Assembly (NCBI GenBank): GCA_030704615.1
Contig: CM060734.1
Coordinates: 21,142,001-21,206,000, forward strand
Direction: 5' to 3'
DNA length: 64,000 bases
DNA from: Takakia lepidozioides
Lineage: Eukaryota > Plantae > Bryophyta
The notes under the pieces: generated by a model
What the model was told of the DNA's origin: nothing
Databases searched by the model: none
What the model saw: only the letters and a program-made list of their open reading frames with translations
Shown: piece after piece, positions 25,822-39,147 of the stretch
Position numbering within the stretch: position 1 is the first letter of the stretch
Layout of the letters: each line of letters opens with the position of its first letter
Made by a program: the position numbers and the translations under genes

Positions 25822-26900
25822 AAAATATCTCGTGCCTGGGGCAGCTGGCAGTTGTGGGTTCTGTCCACTTTGTAAGCCGGCCACGCCCAGCCACACAATG
25901 TTTGCACGTGTCTGGTGGGCCCTGCGATAGATATGACCGCGACGGTGTGTGCGCCAATAACAGCGTGTTTTAATATCTTGGCACCTGGGATCCACCAATG
26001 GGGCTGCAGGAAAGGGTCCCAAATCGGAGCCCCGATTTGGGCCAACTGCAGAGCAGCATTCGATTCCACCAATCCACCACGTCACCCGTGAGCTGGTTTT
26101 TCCCTTTCCCCGGGCAGGTTCCCACCATTCTGTACCTGTTTCACTTAGGCTCTGTAAATTCACTGGACATTAAAGAAACTTTATCTTATCTTATCTTATC
26201 TTAGTTTCTGGTATTACTGTCAGCTCAAAGTTCAAACCTATTTATCGATACTTCTGAGTAGCGTGCAGCCAGTCGCTGGACTCCACGTCGGAAATTTTGG
26301 ACTCGGTTGGCACATGGTCACTGGGTTAGAGCCAGTACCATCCTGACACTTGTACAGTTGCATGTGCTAAACTCGCTTAGTCACGTCGCATATATAGACT
26401 AACTTACCTCAGGGTAAGTCATTCTTTAAGTTTATTTTATAATCCGATAAAAAGTGTACGAATAGAATCCATCCAATTCGACATCATCCAGATGCACGAG
26501 GCGTGCGCCTTGTGGAGGTCATCCAGAGAGTTCATCCTTTAAATTGATCTCATCCGCCAGTTTTGCACGGATTTGCTCGGCGGTAGACGTGGTGCGCGGG
26601 AGCACCAGAGAGCAGGGCGCAATATCCGGTGCAGCAATGGGCGCGGCCGAAAAGATATGGCAAAATCCCGGGCAGGCCGCGCTTCCCTGATAAATATCAC
26701 GGGCGCCTCGCGGCCCGGCTTTTGATCTCGTTGCTAGATTTGCCCCCGCGATCCGCCTGGCTTAACAGCAGGTTCCAGCCAATGGGAGGGCTCCCCGCCA
26801 GAGTGGGACCTGGAATGGGGGGCCGGCATCTGGCCACGTCAGCTTGATCCGGGGGCGAAGCGCGCATCGCCGGGGATCCCTTCACCGTCGCTCTCTCTCT
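25822..26900 (+). promoter_or_regulatory. Putative PRR promoter with evening element and G-box/ACGT motifs
   Basis: Perfect evening element AAAATATCT at 25822-25830 and further AATATC cores (~25972, 26621, 26693). CACGTG at 25905-25910 and several CCACGT/ACGTGG. GC-rich proximal region with a CT-rich tract at ~26890 typical of a 5'UTR start. Confidence 0.5.
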
Positions 26901-28090
26901 CTCTCTCTCTCGTTCTCGCTCTCTCTTGCGAGCTCTGGACGTTTGCGTCGATCGATCTGTTCTGTTGAGAGTCCCGACGAGCCGCTAGCTGCATCCGGCC
27001 GGGTGTATTAGCGTGCGACTGTCCGCAGCTCGGTGTTAAGAGCTTGAATCTGTGTACTGTTCCGCCATTATCCATCCGTTTGGTTGGAACTTGCTTCCTG
27101 TGGTTGTCTGTACCTGACTCCGTCCGAAGCAACTTCTTAACGTCCTGCCTCGTCTCCCTGCTGGCTTGGTCACCTTGTTGAGGTGGTTAGCTGGTGTTAT
27201 TAGCTTCGGGCTGGGTTGTGTGCGCGGGTGTGAACCCAGTTTTATTCGTGTTGTATGGTTCTGTGCGCTGTTATCCTCTGTGTCGATCGGCTGTGTCTCT
27301 CCGGGTCTTCAGTGATAGGGTGTGTTGCTTCTTCATCTCGGATCTTGTCTTAGACCGACACACACATTCTATCCCTCCTTCCTTCTGATCTTTGTAGACC
27401 TCAGCATGTGTCAATAACACTTGTGGACCTTGCTTTCTCTCTCTCGTTGTCGACTTTGCGAATAAGGAGGTTCTTCGCCACATTTATTTTGCGTGTGTGG
27501 TTTGCAAGAGGAGTCTCTCAGCGTACTAGTCAGGTATGAAACTAAATGCAGAAAGTTTCTGAAGTAAATGTTTTTTCTTTAGAGAGCTGGTGTTTATCTC
27601 TCAAGCAATCGCTGACTCCATGCACTCTACGACCAACAACTGGTTTCATGCATATGGCCTCATGGTGCGATGTCCCAGGCGCCTATTCTTCGAGGGATTC
27701 TCACGAGTCAGTGTGGGGTCTGAGGCGGGTCTCTAGTTTCCAATTGTGAGATGAATGCGCAATTCAGTGAGCTGCTTCAGCTGATGGTGGACCTTACCAC
27801 TTGGCATTCAGCAGCCAAATGTGAACAACTGAAATGACTCTTCTGGCCGAAGAAGTGTATGGAAGGGATCTGTAAGTTCTCCATGTGTTTTAACGAAAAT
27901 GCAATGACCTTCTTATTGCAGGTATGGTTGTTGGGACGGACCGTCGTCCAAAGTACCTCGGCGGATGTCCCGTGAAGCTAAGCGCAGGCCCCCGGGAGTA
28001 CCACGAGAACGCATAAGTGTTGGCCAGGGCTCTGAGGGTTAGGCTTCAAAGTCCAACCCAGTAGAGGAAGTGTGCAGGGCTACTTTTCAT

Positions 28091-31000
28091 ATGACTGCGG
28101 ATTTGAGCGACGATGAAACAAGTTCCAGGCCTGACCGCCATTTTCCTCCCAAAGTGAGATCAGGCTTTGAACAGAATGTTAGCTTTCGGGATGGGCGTCT
28201 GAAGGATGGTAATCGGGTCATCAAGGAGGGGAAAGACAGAGGTCGAGAAGGGGTGCGGGTAGGCGTCAAGAACTGCGGCGCAGTGGAGAATGGGACAGGG
28301 GGGCACAAAGACTTGGGTAAATCAAGTTCGCTCAAAAGTAGGAAAGCGGGGAGGGATATAACCGAGCAGATCAGGAGGGAGCTTGACAGCCAGTTTCCTT
28401 CTAAAAATCCCGGGAGTGCAGAGTCTGAAGGAGAAGGTAAAGGTGAAGAATCTGAGGACGATTTCGAGGAAGGAGATGGTGCCATTGCGGAGGTTGCATG
28501 CCAGCAACCAGAGCAGCAACTGAAGCAGCAGCAAGGTGCAAGTGTGGACTGGGAGAGCTTCCTCCCACATCGTCACCTAAGGGTGCTGCTGGTCGAGGAT
28601 GATGATTCGACGCGTCATGTTGTGGGCGCACTGCTGCGGAACTGCGGCTACGAAGGTCGATACTTCCGCCTGTTCCCATTCTCTGCCAGTCATTTTGCCT
28701 CGAAACGAGGGTGTACCTACTCGGATTATGCCTTTGTAATCATTTGATATTGTTGTTCTCTGCAGTATTGTGTGGAGTTTCGAGCTAGATAACTGATGTG
28801 CTTTGTTTGTGGCCTGTCCAGTCACCTCGGCTGCAAATGGAATGGTAGCATGGGACATGATCGAGGATGCCAACATCAATTTTGACCTGGTGCTGACTGA
28901 TGTCGTGATGCCATGCCTTTCTGGAGTTGGTCTTCTTTCGAAGATGATGAGTCGGAAAGTGTGCAATCGAGTTCCTGTAGTGAGTAAGTTTCTCCTCTGC
29001 CTGAAAGCCCATTGCTCCTTGCAGTTGCAACATATTCAGATATTTTTACTAGTGCTTCAAAACTTAAATTTGACATAGCACTTGGGTTTGCTTGCAAAAG
29101 TATGACTCTAGCTGTTGTATTTGTAGCGTGTTTTGGTTTGATTGGTTTTTTCTGTGTATAAGATAAGTGATGGTTTGTTCCCATCTGTTTTAATTAATAT
29201 GGTGGTGAGAGAAGTTATTGGTGTCACGCACAGGGTAGCTGATGGTGGTGGTTCTGTATGCAGTGATGTCATCACATGACAGCATGGATATTGTCTTCCG
29301 CTGTTTATCGAAAGGTGCGGCTGACTTCCTGGTGAAACCTGTGCGCAAAAATGAGCTCAAGAATCTGTGGCAACATGTCTGGAGAAGATGCCACACTGTA
29401 AGCCCCTGTGGTTCCATTTGTGTGCCCAATTTCTCTTCTTTTTTGTACACTCTCTGGGCCTCACTGTATTAAGGAAATTTCTCTCTCTCTTTCTTGCACA
29501 CACATGAGGTTGCACGAATATCCAACGGGCACTCTTGCTGTTTATCTTTCCTGGGCTACCACCACTCTTACTGATTTTGGTGGATTGTACAAAACAAGTG
29601 ATTTACCTCTCTCAAAAGTGGACGGAACAAATGGGCCTACAATGCAAGAAGTTGTACCCTCATCTTACAACACCTAAATCTTCCTCCTTAACTAAGCAAT
29701 GCAGGAAAGTTTAGGGAGTAATAATCAATAAGGATCTGCCTTAACTGCAAGATGTGCATGCGATACCTTTTCACAAACTTGAATTCTGGTTCATGGGCAA
29801 TAGAGTCTTGAGAAACACAGGAGGGCAACAGACAGGGAAATATGAATTGTCAGAGCATGTAGGGGCTAACTCTACAACATTATCTGTTCCGCGCATAATT
29901 CCAAGGGTATGTAACATTTATGTGTATTCTTGAGTCAATGGAAAATTCTGTAAGCAGGCAAAGACCCAAGGGCTACTTCCTTCTGTAGCCCCTGACACCT
30001 TAATGGTCCATTTGCGTTTGAACTTTCATTTTTCATGTCTTCCTTCTATTGGATGGATGGGTTCTCCACCTTTTTTTATCTGTGCGGGGGGGGGGGGGGG
30101 GTGGGGGTGGTTTGTTGTGGGGTTGATTTCACCCCGACCACCATATGCAACTACTTTACCACCTGCTTATCCTCACCTTTCTGAAATTTGGTGGGGATTG
30201 CAGTCAAGTGGCAGTGGAAGTGGCAGTGGGAGCCAGACAGGGAAAGTAATGAGGCCAAAGAGTCGTGTGGGATCTGACGATAATAGTGATGAAGGTAGTG
30301 AAAATGGCAGCAGTGGCTTGAATGTGCGGGGTGGAAGCGACAACGGCAGTGGAAATCAAGTATGTCTTTCTTTGTTCTTTTAGGTAGTCTCATACTTGAT
30401 CTTACTGTCCTGTAGGTCAAAATAGACATGATTCCTCCAGGCAGAGTGCCTCAGCTAGCACTACACCATTAGGTGTCCTGTTAAAGCATTCAAGTTTCAA
30501 GCTCCCTTTTTGTGTCCTTGTCTGTTTGTCTTCCCATCTGTCTATGAGGGGGAGGTTTCTGGATTTTAGGGGTGTTTGGGCAATGACATATTCTCTTGAT
30601 CATGATACTTGGATGCAGGCTCGATTGCTACCTGCGCAGATGCAGAGAAATAATTCCAGCCCAGAGGCTGCTGATGTTTATGATGAAGGCCAGACCACTT
30701 TTCAAGAGAAGGCCTCTTCTGGTATTTATTGTATTCTTTCTACTTAAGTTGGCTTTCCTGACTAGTTGTGGATGACTCCACCTGTTTAATTCATGTTAGT
30801 CAGAAGACTGCCTCTTTTAATTACGGTTATGAATCATTGTACTTCTGAATTTCTCTGCAGTTCAATACTAGTTAGTATCTTATGCATCGGAGGTAGCTCC
30901 ACTGCTTTTACATATGTAATAGATGGAACAAATGAATGACTAATAGTGGTCTACGTTTTGAATTTGTAGATATGAGTGGGTGTCATGTAAGTGCATATGT

Positions 31001-33734
31001 AACTGTTCAGTAATGTACTTCAGCACGTGAATGGAGATTAACTGAGAAATGTAGTTTCTGTGTGTGTATGAGGGAGTCCAGTAGGTTATGCTGTCAGTTT
31101 GATCATCACCAGCTTTTAGTTGCTTGATTGCAACCCGAGTGTTGAGGTGTTGTGTGGTATAGATGTCTGTGCATTGATATCCTGCTTCCTTGTTTTTGTG
31201 CCAGTTAACGAAAAAAATACTCCCATGCCAGTGAATCTAAATGTGCATGAGCATCGTAATCGTAGGTGTAGAGGCCAAGTTGCCTTGATAACTGCCTTTG
31301 CCTGGGGCTTGGACGTATCATAAATCTTTTGCAGTTGCTGTGTAAAGCGTGAGTGGTTATCAATCTGTCTTACCCCTGAGACATTTTTGCGTGTAGATCA
31401 AGAAATGGGACAAGACTTGGAAATGGCAACACTCAGGCATGCCCCCCCCAATCTACAGCAGCAGGATGCCGAAGGCAAAGCTTCAGAGGTGATGCAAGAG
31501 GAGCCTGCAACTTGTGGAGGCAAGAGAGATGAGCCTTCATCTAGCGGGGCCAATGGATCAAGTGAGGATCGATCACAGAAAGCAATTGACTTGATAGGTG
31601 GCATAGCCTGTCAGCCTCCCACTGAAGACGGGGAACAACCTGGGGAGAGTGAAGATGGCGATGAGGTTTTGGATCGAGGTGGCAGCAATAGCCCAAGGAA
31701 TAAGGGAAATTTGAGGTCTGACTCGAGTTCCTTTCCAACTTTGGAGCTCTCTTTAAAACGGCCGCGGGCTGTTGGTGATAATGATGGTGATGCAGATGAC
31801 CGTCGGGTGCTCCGTCACTCTGGAAGCTCAGCTTTTTCAAGGTGATACTTTCACCATGTATTTGCTGTATCTGAACCTTCTGGTTCAGTTGTACACAAAC
31901 AATCAGGGATCGATTATAGACACTCAGGTTCCTTTGTTTGTTGTGTCGCTGCCATCACCATGTTTTGTGAGTTGTTCTCTATTGAACGGTGCATGCCTAC
32001 AGTAATATCCTACTCAATGGAAGCCAAGTTACCTTATTAGTGAAGTCCATGGTCAATTCCGTTTGCCACTCTGTTGCTCTCTTTACGGAACTTTCAGACT
32101 CAAAAGTATGTCCTAGTCAAGGGAAGTGAAGTGAACTCGTGAGTTAAGTCCGTGCTCGCTCTTTTTGAGACTCCGGTCGTGCTCTTCTCCAATTTCTGTC
32201 GGGGAATTTATGTTGGTCTACAAGTACCTGCACCAATGACTGATTCGGAGGAAATTTTTGGCCTGGCTTGTTCTTGGCTGCAGGTACAGCACAAGTGGGC
32301 AACACCAGCATCCTGCAGGTGGTGGGCTTTCTCTGAATGGATATGTAATGACAGGTGGCTATGGTGCTCACCTCTCTTCTGGCGGTGTCACAGTAGTGGA
32401 CCGGGCAGGCTCATCAAAGGGAAGTGGAGAGGCTTCCATGCCCTTGCCATTGTACCCCCAGACATTTCCTGGTGGGAATGGCCAAGATACTAGTTCCTCA
32501 GTGGCAGGGGCATCAACTCAGGATGCGCGACCAATCAAGGATGAGACAGTGCTTGTGCCTGGTATGCCTATGACCATACCCATCTCTCCTCCTGGCTTGG
32601 TGGCATACGAGGGCGTTTCTGCTGGGTATGCGCCTGCAATACATCCCATGTACTATACTCACCCTGGTGGACCAGCATGGGTGACAGGTCCTTCCTCTCA
32701 TGTAGCTGATGGTGGGGAGGTATTTGACCATCCCTCAGCATATCATGAGTGCAATGCTTGTCCCGGCCATTTTTCTCATCCGCATGGTCACCGGCACTCG
32801 CACCACCACAGCCATCACCATCAGAACACACAACGTCACCACCATCATCATCACCATAGTCATGGGCCTCAACCTTCATCTCTCCTATCCCAGCAGGAAG
32901 AGCAACAAACCGGAAAGTCTGGCCCTGGAGGTCCCCGCTGTGGATCATCAAATATGGTCCCAACTGTGCTAGACGGAAACAACGGGCAGAGCGGCAGTAG
33001 TAATGGGTATGGAAGCAAAGGGAATGGAAATGGTTCTGTCAATGGATGTGCCTCTGGGAGCAACAATGGTAGCAATGGACATAATGGGCACAACCATGGG
33101 CATAGCTGTGTGACAGTGGGTGTGACAGCCACAACTAATGGAGATAGTGGGAACAAGGGAAACAGCGGGAGTGGGGTGGGTAATTGCATGAATACGGCCG
33201 ATGGGGCTATGGGTCCCGAACAAACCCGTTTTGCACAACGAGAGGCAGCCCTGAATAAGTTTCGGCAGAAAAGAAAGGAAAGGTGCTTCGAGAAAAAGGT
33301 GAGTCTCACTCAGGTGTTGGCCTGTCCATGTATGCTTTTATTTGAATGTAGAATTACTGCTTATTTAGGTACCCATGAGAATGTGGGGATGTCTTTTTTG
33401 CCTTTCTTGGCTTGTCCGCTGGTCTTGTGAATACTGTCTGTATCCCCTCTTTCATTGCATCTTCAGTTTTGTTTGTAGCACCTTCAAGTACATGTCTCAC
33501 TCCATGTTCTGGTGGGTCACAACCCAACAACTGTTTCTCGGGCAGGCTTCTACACTGTGAAGGGGAGTATCATGGGTAGTACAGCATATTTGCCCCCTTG
33601 CCCATGAAACTAATGTTTTGTGTGTGCAGGTTCGGTATCAAAGCAGAAAGAGACTTGCAGAGCAGCGACCCCGAGTGCGAGGTCAGTTTGTACGGCAGAC
33701 GGTCTATGACTTCTCTGCTGGTGAGGCAGACTAG
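28091..33734 (+). CDS. PRR: Clock-associated pseudo-response regulator (PRR3/7-like; receiver-like + CCT domain)
   Basis: Exons 28091-28655, 28822-28983, 29264-29397, 30204-30359, 30619-30721, 31397-31841, 32284-33298, 33630-33734; all introns GT-AG with consistent phase. Receiver [47 protein letters not shown], repression motif [19 protein letters not shown], and [44 protein letters not shown]. Confidence 0.97.
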
Positions 33735-34539
33735 ATGGACTAGTTGAGGATTGTTTGGAGATTCTCTCTAGTTTATTGACCTCCCCAGGTTCTGATGAAC
33801 TCATCGGTGAAGTTTTTACTTGCTTGTGTGATGCCTGTATTGATGGGTATGTCTTGTAAGGACTGTCCAAGCGACCTCTGTCTCTGTGAATTGCTTGATT
33901 CTAGTTTCACAAGGGTCTATAATCATTTCATTTCAAAGTTCCGGATGACTCCTTGTCCAGTTCTTGTTGCAGAGTAGACAAATGACTCGCAGGTTGGTTG
34001 TGCAAGTTTCAGAAAAGACTATTTTAAAACTTGCATTTTTTATTTTTTAAAATAGAAGGCCAATTCATATTAATATGAAGGTGTCTTGGAAAAATTAACC
34101 AAGACAGGAGGCCATAAGGCAAATACATAGCAAGCAAACGGGTAGCACCCAGGAACCAGCCACTGAGGACAAAACTCTACTGAAATACCAAGACTAACTG
34201 CTTCCACTGCGAGTTACTAGTCAAGGTATACAGAATTAAACCCGAGGGGGACAGAAAATCTAGGGGCAGCTTCATCTGGAATCAGCCAGAAAACTGAAGA
34301 CTGGGCCATAGATTAAATCTAAGCAGGAAAGCACTAGGGAAGAAGCACCTATTGTGAACCAGGCCCCATGTATGCTCTAATAAATGAATCATTTCGGCCA
34401 AAAATAGTGGTAACTATGCTCATCTACTGCACCAATCATGGCTCACACTGGTTTCTATTGCTTTGGGATGTGGTTGGTTGGAGAAAGCGCCCCACTTTAA
34501 CTCATGACTGCACCAAAATTGAAACAAGACGGTTCACTA

Positions 34540-35205
34540 AGGTAGATGACCCATAATGGACCCTTCAAGCAATTTAGGGTGCTCTGAGTGGCAGATTTCG
34601 AGTTTGTTTTTGTCGATTAGGAAATGAAAACTTAGGAAATGAAAACTACGGGGATTGCCAAAGTTTCAGGATTTTTTTACTTTATATGTAATTTCTATGA
34701 ATTTTTAAGGTGGAAAATACAAAAATACCCACTTATGACCAGTAGCTCCTACCAAGTGTGAACAAAACTCATGCCAAAATGACCTCAAGATGGCGGTAAC
34801 CCGGATCATCTACACAATGTGAATGGTTCGGGAAAGCTGTCAAAAGTGACTCAGGCACGTAACTGTCCACTCCCATGCAATAACAAATGACTGCTGTTTT
34901 TAAAATTGAACCTTTGTTTCTTATTCTAACATCTTAAGAAAGTAACTCTACCTAACCGTGCCTTAATGTGTTGCCTAAATAAAAATAGATTTGGCTTGAT
35001 GCCATATCATGAATGGATTGTACTTGTGGGACCAAGTGCTCACTTAGTGTGTACAATATGGCCACTTATGTTAATAAAAGTTCATTCTTTGCACCTAAAA
35101 CGGTTGATCTGATGTGGATGGACCATTCTAGGTCCCTGATTGTTTATTTGATGCACATTTATAGGGATCCATTTCAGAACGTGGTCTGAATTGGGTCATC
35201 TACCT
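34540..35205. mobile_element. MITE (Tc1/mariner-type, TA TSD)
   Basis: TIR AGGTAGATGACCCA (34540-34553) / TGGGTCATCTACCT (35192-35205), flanked by TA on both sides. AT-rich, no ORF, 666 bp. Confidence 0.75.
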
Positions 35206-36060
35206 TATGAAAGAGGTAGTGAGCCCAGAGCGATTGTAGTGGGCCATGTCTAGAACTACATAAAGCAAAGTAAACCAAAGGATCCTGCCAACTTCAATTG
35301 TGATCAATCTAGCTTGAACTTGTGTGCTTTTGCCGCTTAATTTCACATGGATCAAGCAGCTTTGGCGAGAGCCATTGGATCACACAGAAGATGCACCATT
35401 GATTTACATGTTTCACATGGATCTAGCAAAAAATTCATGCAGTATATATGTTGCTATTGTGCGAAGGCGAAGTGGCTCTTAGTTACGCCGGCCTCGGCCG
35501 GAGTCTTTTCTCTCTCTCCTATTATGCATAAGTGAGCTCTCTTTCCATACTTGCAATGACCTCATTAGAAGGGGAACGTGGTTTCCCTATGTGCTCTTGT
35601 GAAATATGCTATAGTGATAAGTATAGACTTATCAATACTAGCCAACTGTTTTTTGTTTATTTTATTTATTTTTTGGCAAATGGATGAAGCCCTGAACTTT
35701 ATTTGAATGGGGAAAAATTAAACCCCAGAGGAGCCATAAAGCATGCACACCAGTTGACGCGGGACAAACCCAGAGATCCATGACGAGAGAGAACCATCCT
35801 GTCGGATGAAAGTTATAGCTATTGCCCTAGACTAACACCTAGGAACGAGGTACGACTGAATCAGAGACCACGAGCTGTGAGCTCTCGATTTGAGGGCGAA
35901 ATTTGGTAAAGAGGATAGTCGAGCAGACCCGCTAAAACCCTACCTCTGATCTTAAGAGCAAATGACAGAACTTATGAAACCCTGCTAAGACCTCTCCACT
36001 TCCTTATGTATGCCTCCAATGACATTTGGGGAGGGGAAACAATCAAAATGTTCAGGTCCT

Positions 36061-38686
36061 TCAAAGTCTGATCCAGCACAATGACAACGCGCTTTTCGAG
36101 CTGCAAATTGTATATTTGTCAGAATTGCAAATAAGATACTCATCACATACTTGAAGAGAAGAAAACGACATGTTTGAATACAGTATGGTGCTCTTTGGGA
36201 ACTGATTCAAGTCCTTTATTGTTTGATCTGAGTTCCATATCTCCAGCCACCTTATTTTTGTTTGTGGGTCGACCATCGATATGGCCAGCCGGTGCAATTT
36301 CTCCTGCTGCATCTCCGGATACACATGCTTGTCATAGTGTGTTTTGATCTGCTGAAGGAACTCAGAACCAAGTCCAGGATCTACTATTCTAAGCTGCTTT
36401 CCGAAGGCGGACATCAATTTGGTTCTTCCCTTTTCAAACTCCTTCTTTATTGCAGCTTCCACACCCTTTGATGTCCTTAGTTCCTCTGGTGTAGTGCGGT
36501 AATATTCGGATTTTCCCTTCTCAGCTGCCTCTGCCAGTTCTTGCTGCATTGATTCAAGTAGTGATTAGCACCAAAGGGACTACAAACATGTATTCGAAAA
36601 GTAAACTGAGTACAGACTCGGGCTTACCGCATACATGTACTCCAGAAACGCCTCTCGTGTCAAAGAATACCAAGTGCCTGTAGCTCTTCCTGTTTCGCAC
36701 TTCTTGATTATATTGGGTGGGAGTACTGTCCGAAAATCATCCAGCTTCATCATACCAATCCTCTGAATTCGGAATAGTGTGTGGACCAAGCTTGTTGTCA
36801 CATGCGATTTCTCTGTCGATCTGCAAAAACATTGGAAACATTGCATTCCTTAACACTGTTTTTTGGGGATTAATAAGACACTACAGAGGGAATGAAATCT
36901 CCTGGATGACTTACTTGTTCTCGTGCATAGCTGTAAGAAGCCTAGCGATGTCGTTTCCTGGATCCAAAACCATTGCCTCCACAGCAACATGCTTGTCTTT
37001 GTCTTTCGCATGGTGTTTCTGAATGTATCCCATCCATGCCAGCAATCGGTGGTTGCCGTCCCAGACGTAGAACATGTGGTTGCAGAATTGCTGGGTGTTC
37101 TTTCCCATCATGAGGCCCAGCTCGAACTCCTCATTGGCATCTTTCCAGCACTCATCCCAGTTATCACTGATCTCTGGAGACACTAATGTGCTTTTCCCAT
37201 TTATATCCGTCAGTGACACATAAAAAACTTGTGCACCAAGTCTATATCCATGCACAAAATCACTCTCCAATTTTGTTATGTCATGGGAAAGAGGTGGACG
37301 CACAACAGGCATAGATATCATCCGGCACAGAGGGATGTCCAGACGCCCTCCAGATACGAGCATGTCCCTTATAACCTCCTGAGAGTTTACCTTCTGGAAT
37401 GACATGAGTTCTTTCACCTTGTCAAGGTAGTGCACTTCAGATTCATCTGCTTCATCTGTATTCTCTGAGCTTTTTCCGGACTCGTCCCCATCTCCAGATC
37501 TTTTCCCCTCTGATCCTGTAGGCTTCGACCTCACAGTTTTCTGCACGATGCCATTCAATTCTGACTGAGTAATTTGCAAATAGTGAACGGCGGTAACGAC
37601 CATCACTCTGTCTCCAAGAAACTCACTATGAATGGTGTGAAACAATTCAACACAATCTACACAAGCAAAGCTGATCCTGCCGTATTCAAAACAAAAGCGA
37701 GAGCGATAGCGAACGGCGTTAATGACAATCACAAAAGATAAGGACCTGCCGGATCGGTGTTGTGTAATGACATCTATGTGTAAGTGATTGGCGGCAACGA
37801 CATTCAATATAGTTTAGGGCGGACAGTAAGTGCAGATTATTCAGATTGACTCCATTGTGATTATCGTCGCCAGCATGGGAAGAGGAAGGACTGCTTGAAA
37901 GGCAATCAGACAGACTGTATGATCTGAACAACGATGATTGACGGTATGCCGACCCTCACTCTCTCTTCAAACACATAGGTACATAAATCTCATGAGGAGA
38001 ATCAAATGGCGTTAACGACGCTCGCAATTCAGTAGACTTCAATCACATGTTCCTGCTAAAGAAGGGAAGAGGAAGGACTGCTTGAAAGGCAATCAGACAG
38101 ACTGTATGATCTGAACAACAGTGAATGACGGTACCGATAGTCACCCACTCATTGTGCGGTAAACCCTTAGCAGAGGAGTAGAAAGCAAATCACCGTTGTG
38201 ATGGTCGGTAGCGACAATCCCTGTCTGGGACATTCCACTCAATCTCTACGCAGATCTTCAACAATGAAATGTAAGTTAGAGAAAACTTACTGGCGCCTTC
38301 TTAGGTTTTGAAATTGGATCCCCGTCTGCAGCTTTCCTCTTCCCTCTCACATTTGCTGGAATTTCGGTCTGCTCTAGGATTTCTGGACCTTCTCTCGGTT
38401 TGGCGTTCCTCGTGCTTCCACCTCCTTCAGTGTGCCTGCGAGTCATCTCTGCATCCACAAGCTGGCGCACTCTTATCGCCGACTGTGTCATAGCCGCTGC
38501 CTCAGTCTCCGTCTGCTCTTGTGAATCAGTCTCCGTGTTCACCTGTTGCCTTGGCCCGGTGTTCTCCAACAAACGACGCCTCGTCATTTGCTCTCTTGCT
38601 CTGCGTCTCTCTCTAAGGGAAGTAAAATAAAGAGACTTTCTTCTCTTTCGTATTGTAGAAGGAACCCTCTCCAGCTTGACTACCAC
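36061..38686 (-). pseudogene. ParB/Srx-like domain gene, 3'-truncated (copy A of the ParB-MTase family)
   Basis: Exons ~38686-38291, ~37575-36914 (IPLCRMISMPVVRP..GYR..FYVS..FYVWDGNHRLLAW), ~36820-36628 and ~36550-36190. These are colinear and homologous with exons at 60820-59200 and share the phase-2 intron after the ParB exon. Confidence 0.75.
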
Positions 38687-39147
38687 TCTCTCTCTAAGCG
38701 CGAAAAGTAGAAAAACGTAGTGACTCCCGATTTCTTGCGGGATTGCCTGCGTTGTTGCTTGTCTCTAGAAGCATCGGATTCCCTCTCGCGTGACCGTTAC
38801 ACATAGTCGTTCCCTTATTAGTGCACATGCCAGCAATTGGTGTACAGCTGTTCGTATTCAGTTATGGATGTCTGACGTGTGTCGCCCAAAATAAACGGCG
38901 TGTTCTTTATTAGAACGGTTCAATATTTAAAAATAACAGCGAATCCCAGAAATCTTGGCGCACAGTCTTACACAAATAAATGTAAATGAACGAGAGTTTG
39001 ATGACAAATTTTGGAATATCATACACGGTCATCCTTGTTAGCCAAACCCCACATTCGTTTCACATTTGGAACTTTCCAGGTGCGCATGATCATTGGTAGT
39101 AGTATAAAGATACATTTACTTAATCTGCAATCCCATCCTCAGATCCC

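Noticed and set aside
36911-37500. Host sulfiredoxin or bacterial parB contamination
   Set aside because: No Srx FGGCHR catalytic Cys and no parA neighbour. The gene has spliceosomal introns and is contiguous with plant TEs and a plant PRR gene.
37877-38135. ~60-bp direct repeat pair as a regulatory or mobile feature
   Set aside because: Simple local duplication in the probable intron of copy A; no TSD or TIR.
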